Shown here: positions 39,534 to 48,440 of the stretch, piece after piece
How positions within the stretch are numbered: the stretch's first letter is position 1
Layout: the number at the start of each line of letters is the position of its first letter
Origin: Tabrizicola sp.
GTDB lineage: Bacteria > Pseudomonadota > Alphaproteobacteria > Rhodobacterales > Rhodobacteraceae
NCBI RefSeq assembly: GCF_051645465.1
Contig: NZ_JBOFBI010000170.1
Span: forward strand, 187 to 64,186
Direction of reading: 5' to 3'
Length of the DNA stretch: 64,000 nt
The notes under the pieces: generated by a model
What the model was told of the DNA's origin: nothing
Seen by the model: the letters and a program-made list of their open reading frames with translations, nothing else
The model's database searches: none
Translations under genes and position numbers: made by a program

Positions 39534-39606
39534 TTGCCGCTTGGGGAAACGACGCCGGGGCCGCGTCTTGCGGCAAATAGAAGCAAAGGCCCGTGGGAGG
39601 GAACTC

Positions 39607-39891
39607 GTGGAAGACCTTAATCAGCGGATTGAGGCGATGCACCGACGCGACGTGCAAGTGGCATGGGCGTTCGTGATCGGCCTCTGGTGCGCCATGATCT
39701 TCGTGGCAATAGCCACTTGGGACCTGGCCCCGAGCGGAGGCGCGCGAGTGCTCCTTCTGATCAGCGGGGCGGTGATCCTGATCTTCAACACCGCCGCTAT
39801 CCTCGCGATGCTGCGGCACTACCGCGAAGATCGGGACTTCATGTACGGCCTCGACATCAAGTTCCTCGACGAAGCGCGCGGAGGGAAATGA
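39607..39891 (+). CDS. Small 2-TM membrane protein of unknown function
   Basis: GTG start after GGGAGG; two hydrophobic helices; C-terminal HYREDRDFMYGLDIKFLD. Confidence 0.72.
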   Translation: MEDLNQRIEAMHRRDVQVAWAFVIGLWCAMIFVAIATWDLAPSGGARVLLLISGAVILIFNTAAILAMLRHYREDRDFMYGLDIKFLDEARGGK

Positions 39892-40274
39892 CGATGGCAC
39901 ATTACGAACCCCCGAAGCAGAATATGGTCGGCCAGCTGATCGACGTGATCGTGCTGGTCGTCCTGACCGTCGGCGCGCTCTTCGTGCCTGTGTGGCTGAA
40001 GATTGCCGGTGCGGCCAAGTCCGTCGCTACCCCCGTCGCAAACCCGACGTGGGAGACCCTCGGCCAGACCGAGGCGCAGTCGGCCAAGTACGAGGCCCTC
40101 GGCTACACGCCCGAGACAGCCCATGACCTGATCCTCGCACGCTTCGACTACAGCTTCTCTGTCGGCGCCCTCCTGGCGATGATTGCGGTCATCGTCCTCT
40201 ACTACGTGCTGATCCTGCGGTTTTCCGATGTGGAATACCGCGAGGTCATTTCCGAAAAGTTCGGCAAGGAATAG
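39888..40274 (+). CDS. Small 2-TM membrane protein of unknown function
   Basis: ATGA overlap; HYEPPKQ..GQLID, TWETLGQ and EYREVISEKFG. Confidence 0.72.
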   Translation: MTMAHYEPPKQNMVGQLIDVIVLVVLTVGALFVPVWLKIAGAAKSVATPVANPTWETLGQTEAQSAKYEALGYTPETAHDLILARFDYSFSVGALLAMIAVIVLYYVLILRFSDVEYREVISEKFGKE

Positions 40275-40283
40275 GGGGCCGCG

Positions 40284-40451
40284 ATGGAGCTTTGGAACTA
40301 TCTCGAATACGCGGCCTGGGGGCTTTCGGCAGCCTTCGGCCTGCACATGGTGCTGGATTGGCTGAAGACCGACAGCAGCTATTCCGAAGACGTGCTGACC
40401 TCATCCCGCGAAGGCGAGCTTGAGGCCATGGCCGAAGAGCACAAGGGGTGA
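40284..40451 (+). CDS. 55-aa single-TM protein missing from the ORF track
   Basis: MELWNYLEYAAWGLSAAFGLHMVLDWLKTDSSYSEDVLTSSREGELEAMAEEHKG; AGGGG SD; fills the operon gap. Confidence 0.7.
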   Translation: MELWNYLEYAAWGLSAAFGLHMVLDWLKTDSSYSEDVLTSSREGELEAMAEEHKG

Positions 40452-40455
40452 CGTC

Positions 40456-41892
40456 ATGACCGATACCGACATCACCTCGAAAACCATGGACGGCATAGGC
40501 CCGCACGGCACCAAGGTCGGCCTCCTCCGCGTCCTTGGCCCGGCGCATGTCTGGGCATTGGGCGTGGGCATCGTCCTTGTGGGCGAATACATGGGCTGGA
40601 ACTTCGCCGTCGGCAAAGGCGGCGCCTATGCCGCGCTCATCGCCTGCTGGTTCGCCGGCATCCTCTACACCTGCGTCGCCATGATCGATAGCGAGGTCAC
40701 CTCCACCGTCGCCTCGGCCGGGGGCCAATACACCCAGGCCAAGCACATCGTCGGCCCGCTCATGGCCTTCAACGTCGGCCTCTACCTCGTCTTCGCCTAT
40801 ACGATGCTTGAGGCGGGGAATGCGATCACGGCGGGCTATCTCTTCTCCGTCGTGGCCACGATGTCGGGGCACGAGGCGGCGCTGGACCAGCGGCCCTTCA
40901 TCATCCTCGTCATCATGTTCCTGGCCTGGCTGAACTACCGCGGAGTGCTGGCGACACTGGTCTTCAACCTCGTCATCACCGCCATCGCCTTCGTCGCGAT
41001 CCTTGTCCTCTTCGTTGCCACCTCCGGCATCGTCGGCGGCGGGATCATGGAACACGCGGCCCTCTTCGAAGGCCACGAACTGCCCTACGGCTGGATCGGC
41101 ATCCTTGCCGCGATGCACTTCGGCCTCTGGTTCTACCTTGGCATCGAAGGCACGACGCAAGCGGCCGAGGAAGTCCGCTCCCCCGCCCGCGCGCTGCCGT
41201 TCGGCACGCTGACCGGGATCATGACCCTCCTCATCGCGGCCACGCTCACCTGGTACATCTGCACCGGTGTACTGCCGTATGAGTTCCTCGGCGACGGCGT
41301 CAACGGATCGGTGGCACCCCTCTTCGACACCGCGCGGCTCGCCGGGTCGAACGGCCTCGTCTGGCTTCTGGGCTTCGGCACCCTCTTCGCCACCCTCGCA
41401 TCCGCCAACGGCTGCATCAACGACGCGTCCCGCGCCTGGTTCGCCATGGGCCGCGACAAATACCTGCCCGGCTGGTTCGGCGCGGTCCACCCGAAGTACC
41501 GCACCCCCTACCGGTCGATCGTGTTCCTGGTTCCCATCGCGCTCATCTTCGCTCTCGGCGCACCTTTGGACCAGGTGATCACCTTCTCGATCCTCTCTGG
41601 TCTCCTCGGCTATACCTTCATGCCGCTGAACATCATCATGTTCCGCCGCAAATGGCCCCTGAACTCGATCAAGCGGGGCTACGAACACCCGTTCCACCCC
41701 CTGCCCGCAATCACGCTTCTCACCCTCTGCGGCGTGACCTTCTTCGCGGTGTTCCTCGGCTACGGCACGCAGCTGATCGCGATGATCGGCTTCTACATCG
41801 TCGCCTCGCTCTGGTTCCACTTCTGGCGTTACCGCTTCGTGAACCGGGGCGCCCAGTTCACCATGCCCTGGCCAAAGCCGCAGGGCTATTGA
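40456..41892 (+). CDS. APC-family amine permease (ethanolamine permease-like), candidate methylamine transporter
   Basis: HVWALGVGIVLVGEYMGWN, FYLGIEG..AAEE and HPKYRTPY; about 12 TM helices. Confidence 0.85.
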   Translation: MTDTDITSKTMDGIGPHGTKVGLLRVLGPAHVWALGVGIVLVGEYMGWNFAVGKGGAYAALIACWFAGILYTCVAMIDSEVTSTVASAGGQYTQAKHIVGPLMAFNVGLYLVFAYTMLEAGNAITAGYLFSVVATMSGHEAALDQRPFIILVIMFLAWLNYRGVLATLVFNLVITAIAFVAILVLFVATSGIVGGGIMEHAALFEGHELPYGWIGILAAMHFGLWFYLGIEGTTQAAEEVRSPARALPFGTLTGIMTLLIAATLTWYICTGVLPYEFLGDGVNGSVAPLFDTARLAGSNGLVWLLGFGTLFATLASANGCINDASRAWFAMGRDKYLPGWFGAVHPKYRTPYRSIVFLVPIALIFALGAPLDQVITFSILSGLLGYTFMPLNIIMFRRKWPLNSIKRGYEHPFHPLPAITLLTLCGVTFFAVFLGYGTQLIAMIGFYIVASLWFHFWRYRFVNRGAQFTMPWPKPQGY

Positions 41893-41929
41893 AAGCGCGG
41901 CCCGCCCCGAAACGGGCGGGCCCATTCCC

Positions 41930-42607
41930 ATGTCGCCTCTGATCCCTCTCGCCGCCGCAGTCGCTGCCCTTGGCCTCTGGCTTGCGGTCCGCCTTGTCCG
42001 CGAGGCGCGGGGCCGGTCCATTGCCCGGGCAGCCTATTTCGACGCCGTGAAGCCCCTCTTCACCGATCGCCAAATCCGCATCGAGCCAACCGGCTTTCCC
42101 CGCCTTGCCGGCAACCGCGGGCGCCTTGCCTTCGACCTTCAGGCCATTCCCGATACGCTGGCCTTCCGCAAACTCCCGGCACTCTGGGTCCTCGTCACCC
42201 TCACCGAACCCATGCCACTGAAAGCCACCGTCGATCTCATGGCCCGCCCGTCCGGTGGCGAACCCTTCAGCCGCTTTCCCGGCCTTCCCCAGTCCCTTCC
42301 AACCCCGCCCAGCCTCCCCGTCCATGTGGCCATCCGCACCGATGACGCCAGTCAGGTCCTGCCCGAGACCGTCATCCTTCGCCACGCCGACCTCTTCCTG
42401 GACCCAGCCGTCAAGGAACTCGTCCTGTCGCCCAAGGGCCTCCGCATAGTGATCCTGGCCGAGGAAGCCGACCGCGGCCGCTACCTCATCTTCCGTGACG
42501 CCGAGCTTGGCATGACCCCCCTTGACCGGGCGCGACTGTCGCCGCTTCTTGGCAGGCTCAGTTCGATCCGCGAGAATATCCTCGCCCTTGCGAAAGCCCC
42601 GACATGA
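41930..42607 (+). CDS. Membrane-anchored hypothetical protein
   Basis: N-terminal TM; DTLAFRKLPALW, KELVLSPKGLR and RGRYLIFRDA. Confidence 0.7.
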   Translation: MSPLIPLAAAVAALGLWLAVRLVREARGRSIARAAYFDAVKPLFTDRQIRIEPTGFPRLAGNRGRLAFDLQAIPDTLAFRKLPALWVLVTLTEPMPLKATVDLMARPSGGEPFSRFPGLPQSLPTPPSLPVHVAIRTDDASQVLPETVILRHADLFLDPAVKELVLSPKGLRIVILAEEADRGRYLIFRDAELGMTPLDRARLSPLLGRLSSIRENILALAKAPT

Positions 42608-42882
42608 AGCAACCCCCGCACCCCTATGGCGTCCTCGCCGTGGCACTGGTCCTGCCCGGCATGGGCCAAGTCCTGAACCGCCAGCCGGTCAGGGGTCTGA
42701 TCTTCGTCTGCTTTGCCGTGCTGCTTGGCGCCTTCACCCTGAAGACCGCAGCCCCGGACGTCTCCTTTGTGGGCAAACTGTCAGGCGCGCTTTTCGTCTG
42801 GGCCATGGCAGTCTTCGACGCCTACAAGACCGCCCGAATCCGCCACGAAGTCTGGAAGCGCCAGGAAAACGCTCCTCGATGA
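42604..42882 (+). CDS. Small membrane protein
   Basis: ATGA overlap; LPGMGQVLN..RGL and FDAYKTAR. Confidence 0.7.
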   Translation: MKQPPHPYGVLAVALVLPGMGQVLNRQPVRGLIFVCFAVLLGAFTLKTAAPDVSFVGKLSGALFVWAMAVFDAYKTARIRHEVWKRQENAPR

Positions 42883-42937
42883 CTTCGTCACTCGTCGCAG
42901 CCGACCCCGCGAGGAGAAGTCGAAGACGAACGACGAG
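42870..42937 (+). repeat. Dispersed structured intergenic element family B, copy 3
   Basis: CTCCTCG..TGAC-TTC-GTCA..CTCGTCG..CGAGGAG..GTC-GAA-GAC..CGACGAG; contains the TGA stop of the upstream ORF. Confidence 0.75.
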
Positions 42938-42945
42938 CCTCCGCT

Positions 42946-43299
42946 TCACCCCCGCCAAAGCCCCCCGAGCATGCCCTTCAAGGCCTCGACCGCCGCCTCG
43001 CCATCCTCGCAGGCAGGCCCGACCCGCACCGCAACCGTCGCCGCAAAGCCGAACGCCGCAAGCTTCCCTGGCCGGATCGTCACCTCAAAGCCCTTGGTCC
43101 CCGCGACCACCGCCTCAATCGCATCCTCGGCCCCAAAGCTCTCGTCATTCACCTCGAACCAGACCGGCCCGCCGCCGACAGGCTGACGGAAGAGCACATA
43201 GCCCTCCTCCTCATCCTCTCCCTCGGCAAAGCCCACGAAGAGCTGCCCTTCGTCCTCGACGACCGAGCCGTATGCCGCCTTGACTGTGATATCCGCCAT
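42946..43299 (-). CDS. Acidic hypothetical protein resembling the Imm10 immunity family
   Basis: LFVGFAE..EEGYVLFRQ..WFEVNDESFG pattern; family call from memory only. Confidence 0.5.
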   Translation of the reverse strand: MADITVKAAYGSVVEDEGQLFVGFAEGEDEEEGYVLFRQPVGGGPVWFEVNDESFGAEDAIEAVVAGTKGFEVTIRPGKLAAFGFAATVAVRVGPACEDGEAAVEALKGMLGGLWRG

Positions 43300-43305
43300 T
43301 GCGAC

Positions 43306-43920
43306 CTAACCCCGCCAGAAAAGCCAGACTGCCACTGCCAAGAGCGACGCCGCCTGCACGCGATGCATTCTTACCGAAACCGCCGGATCGGCAAGCGATC
43401 CCCTAAGACCACCGGCCAAACCGACGATCGTGCCATGCACTGCCGTTGCTACGGCCAGATAGACAGCCGACAACACCAATGCTTCGCTGACATCGGCGCT
43501 CTCTGTAAGGAAACCGGGCAGCACCGTAACGAAGAAGACCGCTGCTTTCGGGTTCAAGAGGTTGGATATAAGCCCCCGGTTGAAGCCGTCCGAACCCGTC
43601 TCGCCGCCGCCAGGAAGGTGATGCGCCGGATTGCCCGCATCGCGCCAGCTTTCCCAGGCCAGCCAGACCAGAAAGCCCACGCCCGCCAGATGCAACACAG
43701 TGTAAAGCTCCGGCCAGGCAGCTATCGCGGACGCAACCCCCAGCGCGGCCAGGAAGGCTTGCACCGCAAGGCCCAGCGTGATCCCCGCCACGGCTGCCAG
43801 CCCGGCCACGCGCCCGGCCGTGGCGGTCAGAAGCGCCAGCCACGCCATGTTGGGACCCGGCGTGATTTCCAGCACCAGGGCCGTGAGCAGGAATGACGCA
43901 AGGTTCGGAAGCTCTGGCAC
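43306..43920 (-). CDS. LysE family translocator
   Basis: ITPGPNMA and NLLNPKAAVFF. Confidence 0.9.
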   Translation of the reverse strand: MPELPNLASFLLTALVLEITPGPNMAWLALLTATAGRVAGLAAVAGITLGLAVQAFLAALGVASAIAAWPELYTVLHLAGVGFLVWLAWESWRDAGNPAHHLPGGGETGSDGFNRGLISNLLNPKAAVFFVTVLPGFLTESADVSEALVLSAVYLAVATAVHGTIVGLAGGLRGSLADPAVSVRMHRVQAASLLAVAVWLFWRG

Positions 43921-43930
43921 CCGCAGCGTC

Positions 43931-44791
43931 CTAGTGCCATTTCGCGACTGGCGGCAGGCTCATCAGGACCGCATTCGCGTCGTGACCGGTCTCGAGGCCG
44001 AACTTCGTGCCCCGGTCGTAGACAAGGTTGTATTCGGCATAAAGACCCCGGTGGATCAGCTGCACCTCGCGGTCGGCCTCGGACCATGGCGCGCCCAGCC
44101 GACGCTCGGTCACCGGCAGGAAAGCGGGCAGAAAGGCCGACCCTACCGCGCGGGTAAAGGCGAAATCCTTGTCCCAGTCGCCGGTGTTCAGATCGTCGTA
44201 GAATATCCCGCCCACACCGCGCGCGCGGCCACGATGCGGGATGAAGAAGTACTCGTCCGCCCAGGCCTTGAAACGCGGATAGTAGTCCGGCGAATGCGCA
44301 TCGCAGGCCCGCTGCATCTCGGCATGAAAATGCGCGGTGTCCTCGGCATATTCGATGCAGGGGTTCAGGTCCGACCCGCCCCCGAACCACCACGCGCCGG
44401 GTGTCCAGAACATCCGGGTGTTCATATGCACCGCAGGCGCATGCGGGTTCGCCATATGCGCCACGAGCGAAATGCCCGAGGCCCAGAACCGCGGGTCCTT
44501 GTCCATCCCCGGCACCCCTCGCGCGGCCATGGCACGCTGGGCTTTTTCGCCAAGCACACCATGCACTTCCGACCAGTTGACCCCCACCTTCTCGAAAACC
44601 CCGCCGCCCCGCAGCACGCTCATCAGCCCGCCGCCGCCGTCTGCACGGGTGGTGGGCGTCACCTCGAACCGGCCCGGAGAGCCGCCGCCAAACCGGTCCT
44701 CAAGCCCCTCGAAGGCCGCCACGATCCGGTCGCGCAGGGTGCGGAACCAGGCCGCTGCCTCGGCCTTGCGGGTATCGAACGGATCGGTCAT
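43931..44791 (-). CDS. hemF: Oxygen-dependent coproporphyrinogen III oxidase
   Basis: FEKVGVN, PAVHMNTR, WFGGGSDL, RGVGGIFYD and EYNLVYDRGT. Confidence 0.96.
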   Translation of the reverse strand: MTDPFDTRKAEAAAWFRTLRDRIVAAFEGLEDRFGGGSPGRFEVTPTTRADGGGGLMSVLRGGGVFEKVGVNWSEVHGVLGEKAQRAMAARGVPGMDKDPRFWASGISLVAHMANPHAPAVHMNTRMFWTPGAWWFGGGSDLNPCIEYAEDTAHFHAEMQRACDAHSPDYYPRFKAWADEYFFIPHRGRARGVGGIFYDDLNTGDWDKDFAFTRAVGSAFLPAFLPVTERRLGAPWSEADREVQLIHRGLYAEYNLVYDRGTKFGLETGHDANAVLMSLPPVAKWH

Positions 44792-44866
44792 CCTGAAGCC
44801 TCCGGGGTCGCCTTTCCCTTACCTAGCACTGCCGCGCGCCGCTTTCCACAGCCCAAGGAGCGCCCG

Positions 44867-45259
44867 ATGAAACGACTGATTTTCCCCGCACTTTTGCTTC
44901 TGGCGGCCTGCGGGACCCCGCAGGAACAGTGCATCAACCGCAACACCCGCGACCTGCGGGTGGTAGAGCGGCTGATCGTCGAGACCGAAGGCAATCTGCA
45001 GCGCGGCTACGCGCTTGTGACGGTGACAGAATACGAGGACTACTGGGGCACCTGCTATGAGACCACCACCGTCGACGGTCAACCTGTCGTCCAGCCCCGG
45101 CTCTGCCTGAAAGAGCGGTCCTATACAGTCGAACGGCCCAAGGCCATCGACCTGAACGAAGAGGCGCGGAAGCTTGACAGCCTGAAGACAAAGCGCCGCG
45201 AACTGGCCCGCCAGGCCGAGGCGGTGATCAAAGAGTGCAAGGCCCAATACCCGGAATGA
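44867..45259 (+). CDS. Hypothetical lipoprotein
   Basis: Lipobox LLAAC; GTPQEQCI, NLQRGYAL; AGGAG SD. Confidence 0.78.
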   Translation: MKRLIFPALLLLAACGTPQEQCINRNTRDLRVVERLIVETEGNLQRGYALVTVTEYEDYWGTCYETTTVDGQPVVQPRLCLKERSYTVERPKAIDLNEEARKLDSLKTKRRELARQAEAVIKECKAQYPE

Positions 45260-46072
45260 TCAATGCGCGGGTGCCGCCACCACGTCCAGAAGCCCGCGCC
45301 CGCCATCGACCGTAAGCACCTGACCGGTCACGAACCCCGCCGCGTCCGAGGCCAGAAACTGCACCGCCTCTACCAGCTCGGCGGGTGAGGCGATCCGGCA
45401 AAGCGGCGTCGCCTCGGTAATCTGGTCGCGATACCCCGGGTTCTCCTTCAACGCGGCCTGCAGGCTGGCGCTCATCACGCTGCCAAACGCCACCGCATTC
45501 ACCCGGATCCCTTTCGGCGCCAGCGCCACGGCAAGCGACCTGGTCATCTGGTCCATCGCCGCCGCCGCCATCGAATAGGCAAGAAGCTCGGGCCGCGTCG
45601 CCTTGGCCGAGATCGACGAAAGGTTTACGATCGAGCCGAGCATCGTGCCGGCTTCCACTTCCGCCCGGGCTGCGTGCTGGATCATCCGCTTCGCCGTCAT
45701 CTGCGAAATCCGCAGCGCCGACAGCACGTTATGCCGCCAAAGCTCTTCCACCCCATCCGCTTCGGGATTCAGGATGTCCGAGACAAAGGTCTTGCGGTTG
45801 GCGTTGACAAGAATGTCCACGCGGTCAAAGCAATCGACGGTGGCCGACAGAAGATTGGCAATCGCAAGCTTCTCGGTCAGGTCCCCGGCGAACATCCGGA
45901 TCGGCCCCTCGGCCCGTGCCTCTTCGCCCACTTCGGCTTCAAGCTTGCCCTCGTCCATATCGGCGAACATCACGTTCGCCCCCTTGTCGACCAGGTGCCG
46001 CGCGATGGCGAGGCCGATACCCGATGCAGCGCCCGTCACGATGGCGGTCTTGCCGGAGATGGAGAAAGACAT
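45260..46072 (-). CDS. Short-chain dehydrogenase/reductase
   Basis: TGAASGIG, IVNLSS and IRVNAVA; YxxxK is atypical (YSMAA). Confidence 0.88.
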   Translation of the reverse strand: MSFSISGKTAIVTGAASGIGLAIARHLVDKGANVMFADMDEGKLEAEVGEEARAEGPIRMFAGDLTEKLAIANLLSATVDCFDRVDILVNANRKTFVSDILNPEADGVEELWRHNVLSALRISQMTAKRMIQHAARAEVEAGTMLGSIVNLSSISAKATRPELLAYSMAAAAMDQMTRSLAVALAPKGIRVNAVAFGSVMSASLQAALKENPGYRDQITEATPLCRIASPAELVEAVQFLASDAAGFVTGQVLTVDGGRGLLDVVAAPAH

Positions 46073-46092
46073 GGTTCAGGCCTCTTGGTCAG

Positions 46093-47073
46093 TCAGGGTT
46101 TGGCCCGTTTGGGCTTTGTGGCATGGATCACGCGAAAGCCGCTGTCGCTGACCACATCCTTGATCTCAAGGAAGCAGTCCGCCAACACGACGTCATAGGG
46201 CAGGTGCCGGTTTGCAACCAGCCAGAGGCTGCCGTCAGGGGCAAGCATGCGCCGGGCGGCCCGGATGAACGCGCCGCCAAGCGCCGGGTCGGCCTCGCGT
46301 CCGGAATGGAAGGGCGGGTTCATCACCACAGCATCCAGCAGCGTATCCGGCCGGAAGGTGGTGGCATCGGCCCAATGGAACCGCGTGCGGGGATCGGTGA
46401 CGTTGACCTTCGCGCAGGTCAGTGCATCGGCCTCGGCCTCGACCAGGTCGAGTTGCTTCACGCCGGGGCGCGTCAGGATTTCCCGGGCGAGGTAACCCCA
46501 GCCAGCGCCCAGGTCAGCAACCTTGCCGGAAAGCTTCGCGGGAAGCGCAGTCGCCAGCAGCAGCGAACCGGGGTCAGGCCCATCAGCCGAGAATATGCCG
46601 GGCAGCGTCTGGAAACCGTCCACCAGATGCGGCTGGGCCCGCCAGTCGGACAGGTCAGGCCCTGCCGCAAACGAAGCCAGCTTGCCGTGCGCCTTTGAAA
46701 GGCTCTCGGACAACTCCACCCGGCCCCGAAGGTCCTTCAGCGCGGTATCGATCCCATCGGTCTTCTGCCCGTCGACCGCAATCCACCCGCCCGGACGAAC
46801 CTCTGCCGCAGCCTGCGCGATCAGCGCGCGCGCTGCCTCGCGCGAACGCGGCAGGCAGACGATCGCTGCCGCATAGTCCGGCTCAGGCGTCACAGAGTAA
46901 CCTGCGGCGAAATGGTCATGATCCGGCTTGAAGCCCGTCAGCACCACCACCCTTTCGCGGGGCAGCTCTGACAGGTCATCACCGATCCGGGGGCGATAGA
47001 CCGCCATCTTTCCCCCAGAAGGAAGCTCCAACGCACCGCTTTGCAGCGCCAGGGACAGTCGGGCGGATCGCAT
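46093..47073 (-). CDS. Class I SAM methyltransferase (RsmC-like)
   Basis: PGIFSADG.D.GS, DLGAGWG, MNPPFH and LVANRHLPY. Confidence 0.85.
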   Translation of the reverse strand: MRSARLSLALQSGALELPSGGKMAVYRPRIGDDLSELPRERVVVLTGFKPDHDHFAAGYSVTPEPDYAAAIVCLPRSREAARALIAQAAAEVRPGGWIAVDGQKTDGIDTALKDLRGRVELSESLSKAHGKLASFAAGPDLSDWRAQPHLVDGFQTLPGIFSADGPDPGSLLLATALPAKLSGKVADLGAGWGYLAREILTRPGVKQLDLVEAEADALTCAKVNVTDPRTRFHWADATTFRPDTLLDAVVMNPPFHSGREADPALGGAFIRAARRMLAPDGSLWLVANRHLPYDVVLADCFLEIKDVVSDSGFRVIHATKPKRAKP

Positions 47074-47119
47074 GGGCGGGGACGAAGCCCCTAGACCCTT
47101 CTGCCAGAGGATTGCACGA

Positions 47120-47440
47120 TCATTCCTTTTCCATCGTGCATTGCAGCGGGTGCTGATGGCGCCGCGCGAAGTCCATCACCTGCGCAACCTTCGTCTCGGC
47201 CACCTCGAACGAAAACACCCCGACCACCGCCAGCCCCTTCTTGTGGACCGTCAGCATGATCTCGAACGCCTGCGCGTGATTAAGGCCGAAGAACCGTTCC
47301 AGCACATGGACGACAAACTCCATCGGCGTGTAATCGTCGTTCAATAACAGGATCTTGTAAAGCGGCGGCCGCTCGGTCTTGGTCTTTGTCTTGGTCAGCA
47401 GCGACGTGTCATTCCCCGGGCCATCCGTCTTGTCGGACAT
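47120..47440 (-). CDS. clpS: ATP-dependent Clp protease adaptor
   Basis: [16 protein letters not shown]...[12 protein letters not shown]. Confidence 0.95.
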   Translation of the reverse strand: MSDKTDGPGNDTSLLTKTKTKTERPPLYKILLLNDDYTPMEFVVHVLERFFGLNHAQAFEIMLTVHKKGLAVVGVFSFEVAETKVAQVMDFARRHQHPLQCTMEKE

Positions 47441-47548
47441 GGTCAATGGGCGGATGGACACGGGTCTACGGGCTCCGGCTACGAGATTCGGGGGTTGCAT
47501 CTGACATGCGAAATATAGCCTTTTTTGATCCGGCGAAAAGGGGCGGAC

Positions 47549-48256
47549 ATGCTGACGACGATTGGCTTCGATGCGGACGACACACTCTGGCAGAACGAGA
47601 GCTTCTTCCGCCTGACCCAGGACCAGTTCGTGCGGCTTCTTGCCGACCATGCAGCACCCGACCATCTGAGGGAGCGGCTGGAGGCGGCAGAGCGGCGCAA
47701 TCTGGGTCATTACGGGTTTGGCGTGAAGGGTTTCACGCTGTCGATGATCGAAACCGCCATCGAGGTGACGGAGGGCCGCGTCTCTGCCAGCGTCATCGCC
47801 GAACTGATCGCCGCCGGCCGCGATATGCTGGAACATCCGATCGAGCTTCTGCCCCACGCGCGCCGAACGGTGACGTCCCTGGCGGCGGAATACCGGGTGG
47901 TGCTGATCACCAAGGGCGACCTTCTGGACCAGGAACGCAAGCTCGCGCAGTCCGGACTGGGCGACCTGTTCCACGGGGTCGAGATCGTCAGCCACAAGAC
48001 CGCTGATGCCTACCGCATCATTTTCGACCGCCACGGAACTGGAGCCGATCAGGCGATGATGGTCGGTAACTCATTGAAATCCGATGTGATCCCGGCACTG
48101 GAGGCAGGGTCATGGGGTGTCCACATCCCGCATGGCATGACCTGGGCGCTTGAGGCCGCCGATCCGCCCGAGGGCCACCGGCGCTTTCATGTGCTCGCCG
48201 ATCTCGGCGGATTGCCGGACCTGGTGGGCAGGCTGAAGCCCGGCCGCAACAGCTAG
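47549..48256 (+). CDS. HAD-family hydrolase
   Basis: [14 protein letters not shown] and [10 protein letters not shown]. Confidence 0.9.
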   Translation: MLTTIGFDADDTLWQNESFFRLTQDQFVRLLADHAAPDHLRERLEAAERRNLGHYGFGVKGFTLSMIETAIEVTEGRVSASVIAELIAAGRDMLEHPIELLPHARRTVTSLAAEYRVVLITKGDLLDQERKLAQSGLGDLFHGVEIVSHKTADAYRIIFDRHGTGADQAMMVGNSLKSDVIPALEAGSWGVHIPHGMTWALEAADPPEGHRRFHVLADLGGLPDLVGRLKPGRNS

Positions 48257-48440
48257 GGGCGGACGCCCCTGGATACCCCAGATATTGCTGGCCGAAAACC
48301 GGGGTGCAGCTTCGTTGCAACTACTTCAACTGCGCCCTGAAACCCTTTGTAATTTTTAGGTTTTCGGATCGCATTCTCTGTGCTAGCCTTCACCTCGAGG
48401 CAGAAAACGGCACCGGAAAATCCGGGCCAGCAGGCAAAAG

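Noticed and set aside
48310-48365. Possible fourth copy of family A (AAACCCTTTG box)
   Set aside because: The box is degenerate, the spacing differs and there is no terminal hairpin; more likely promoter DNA of the carboxypeptidase gene
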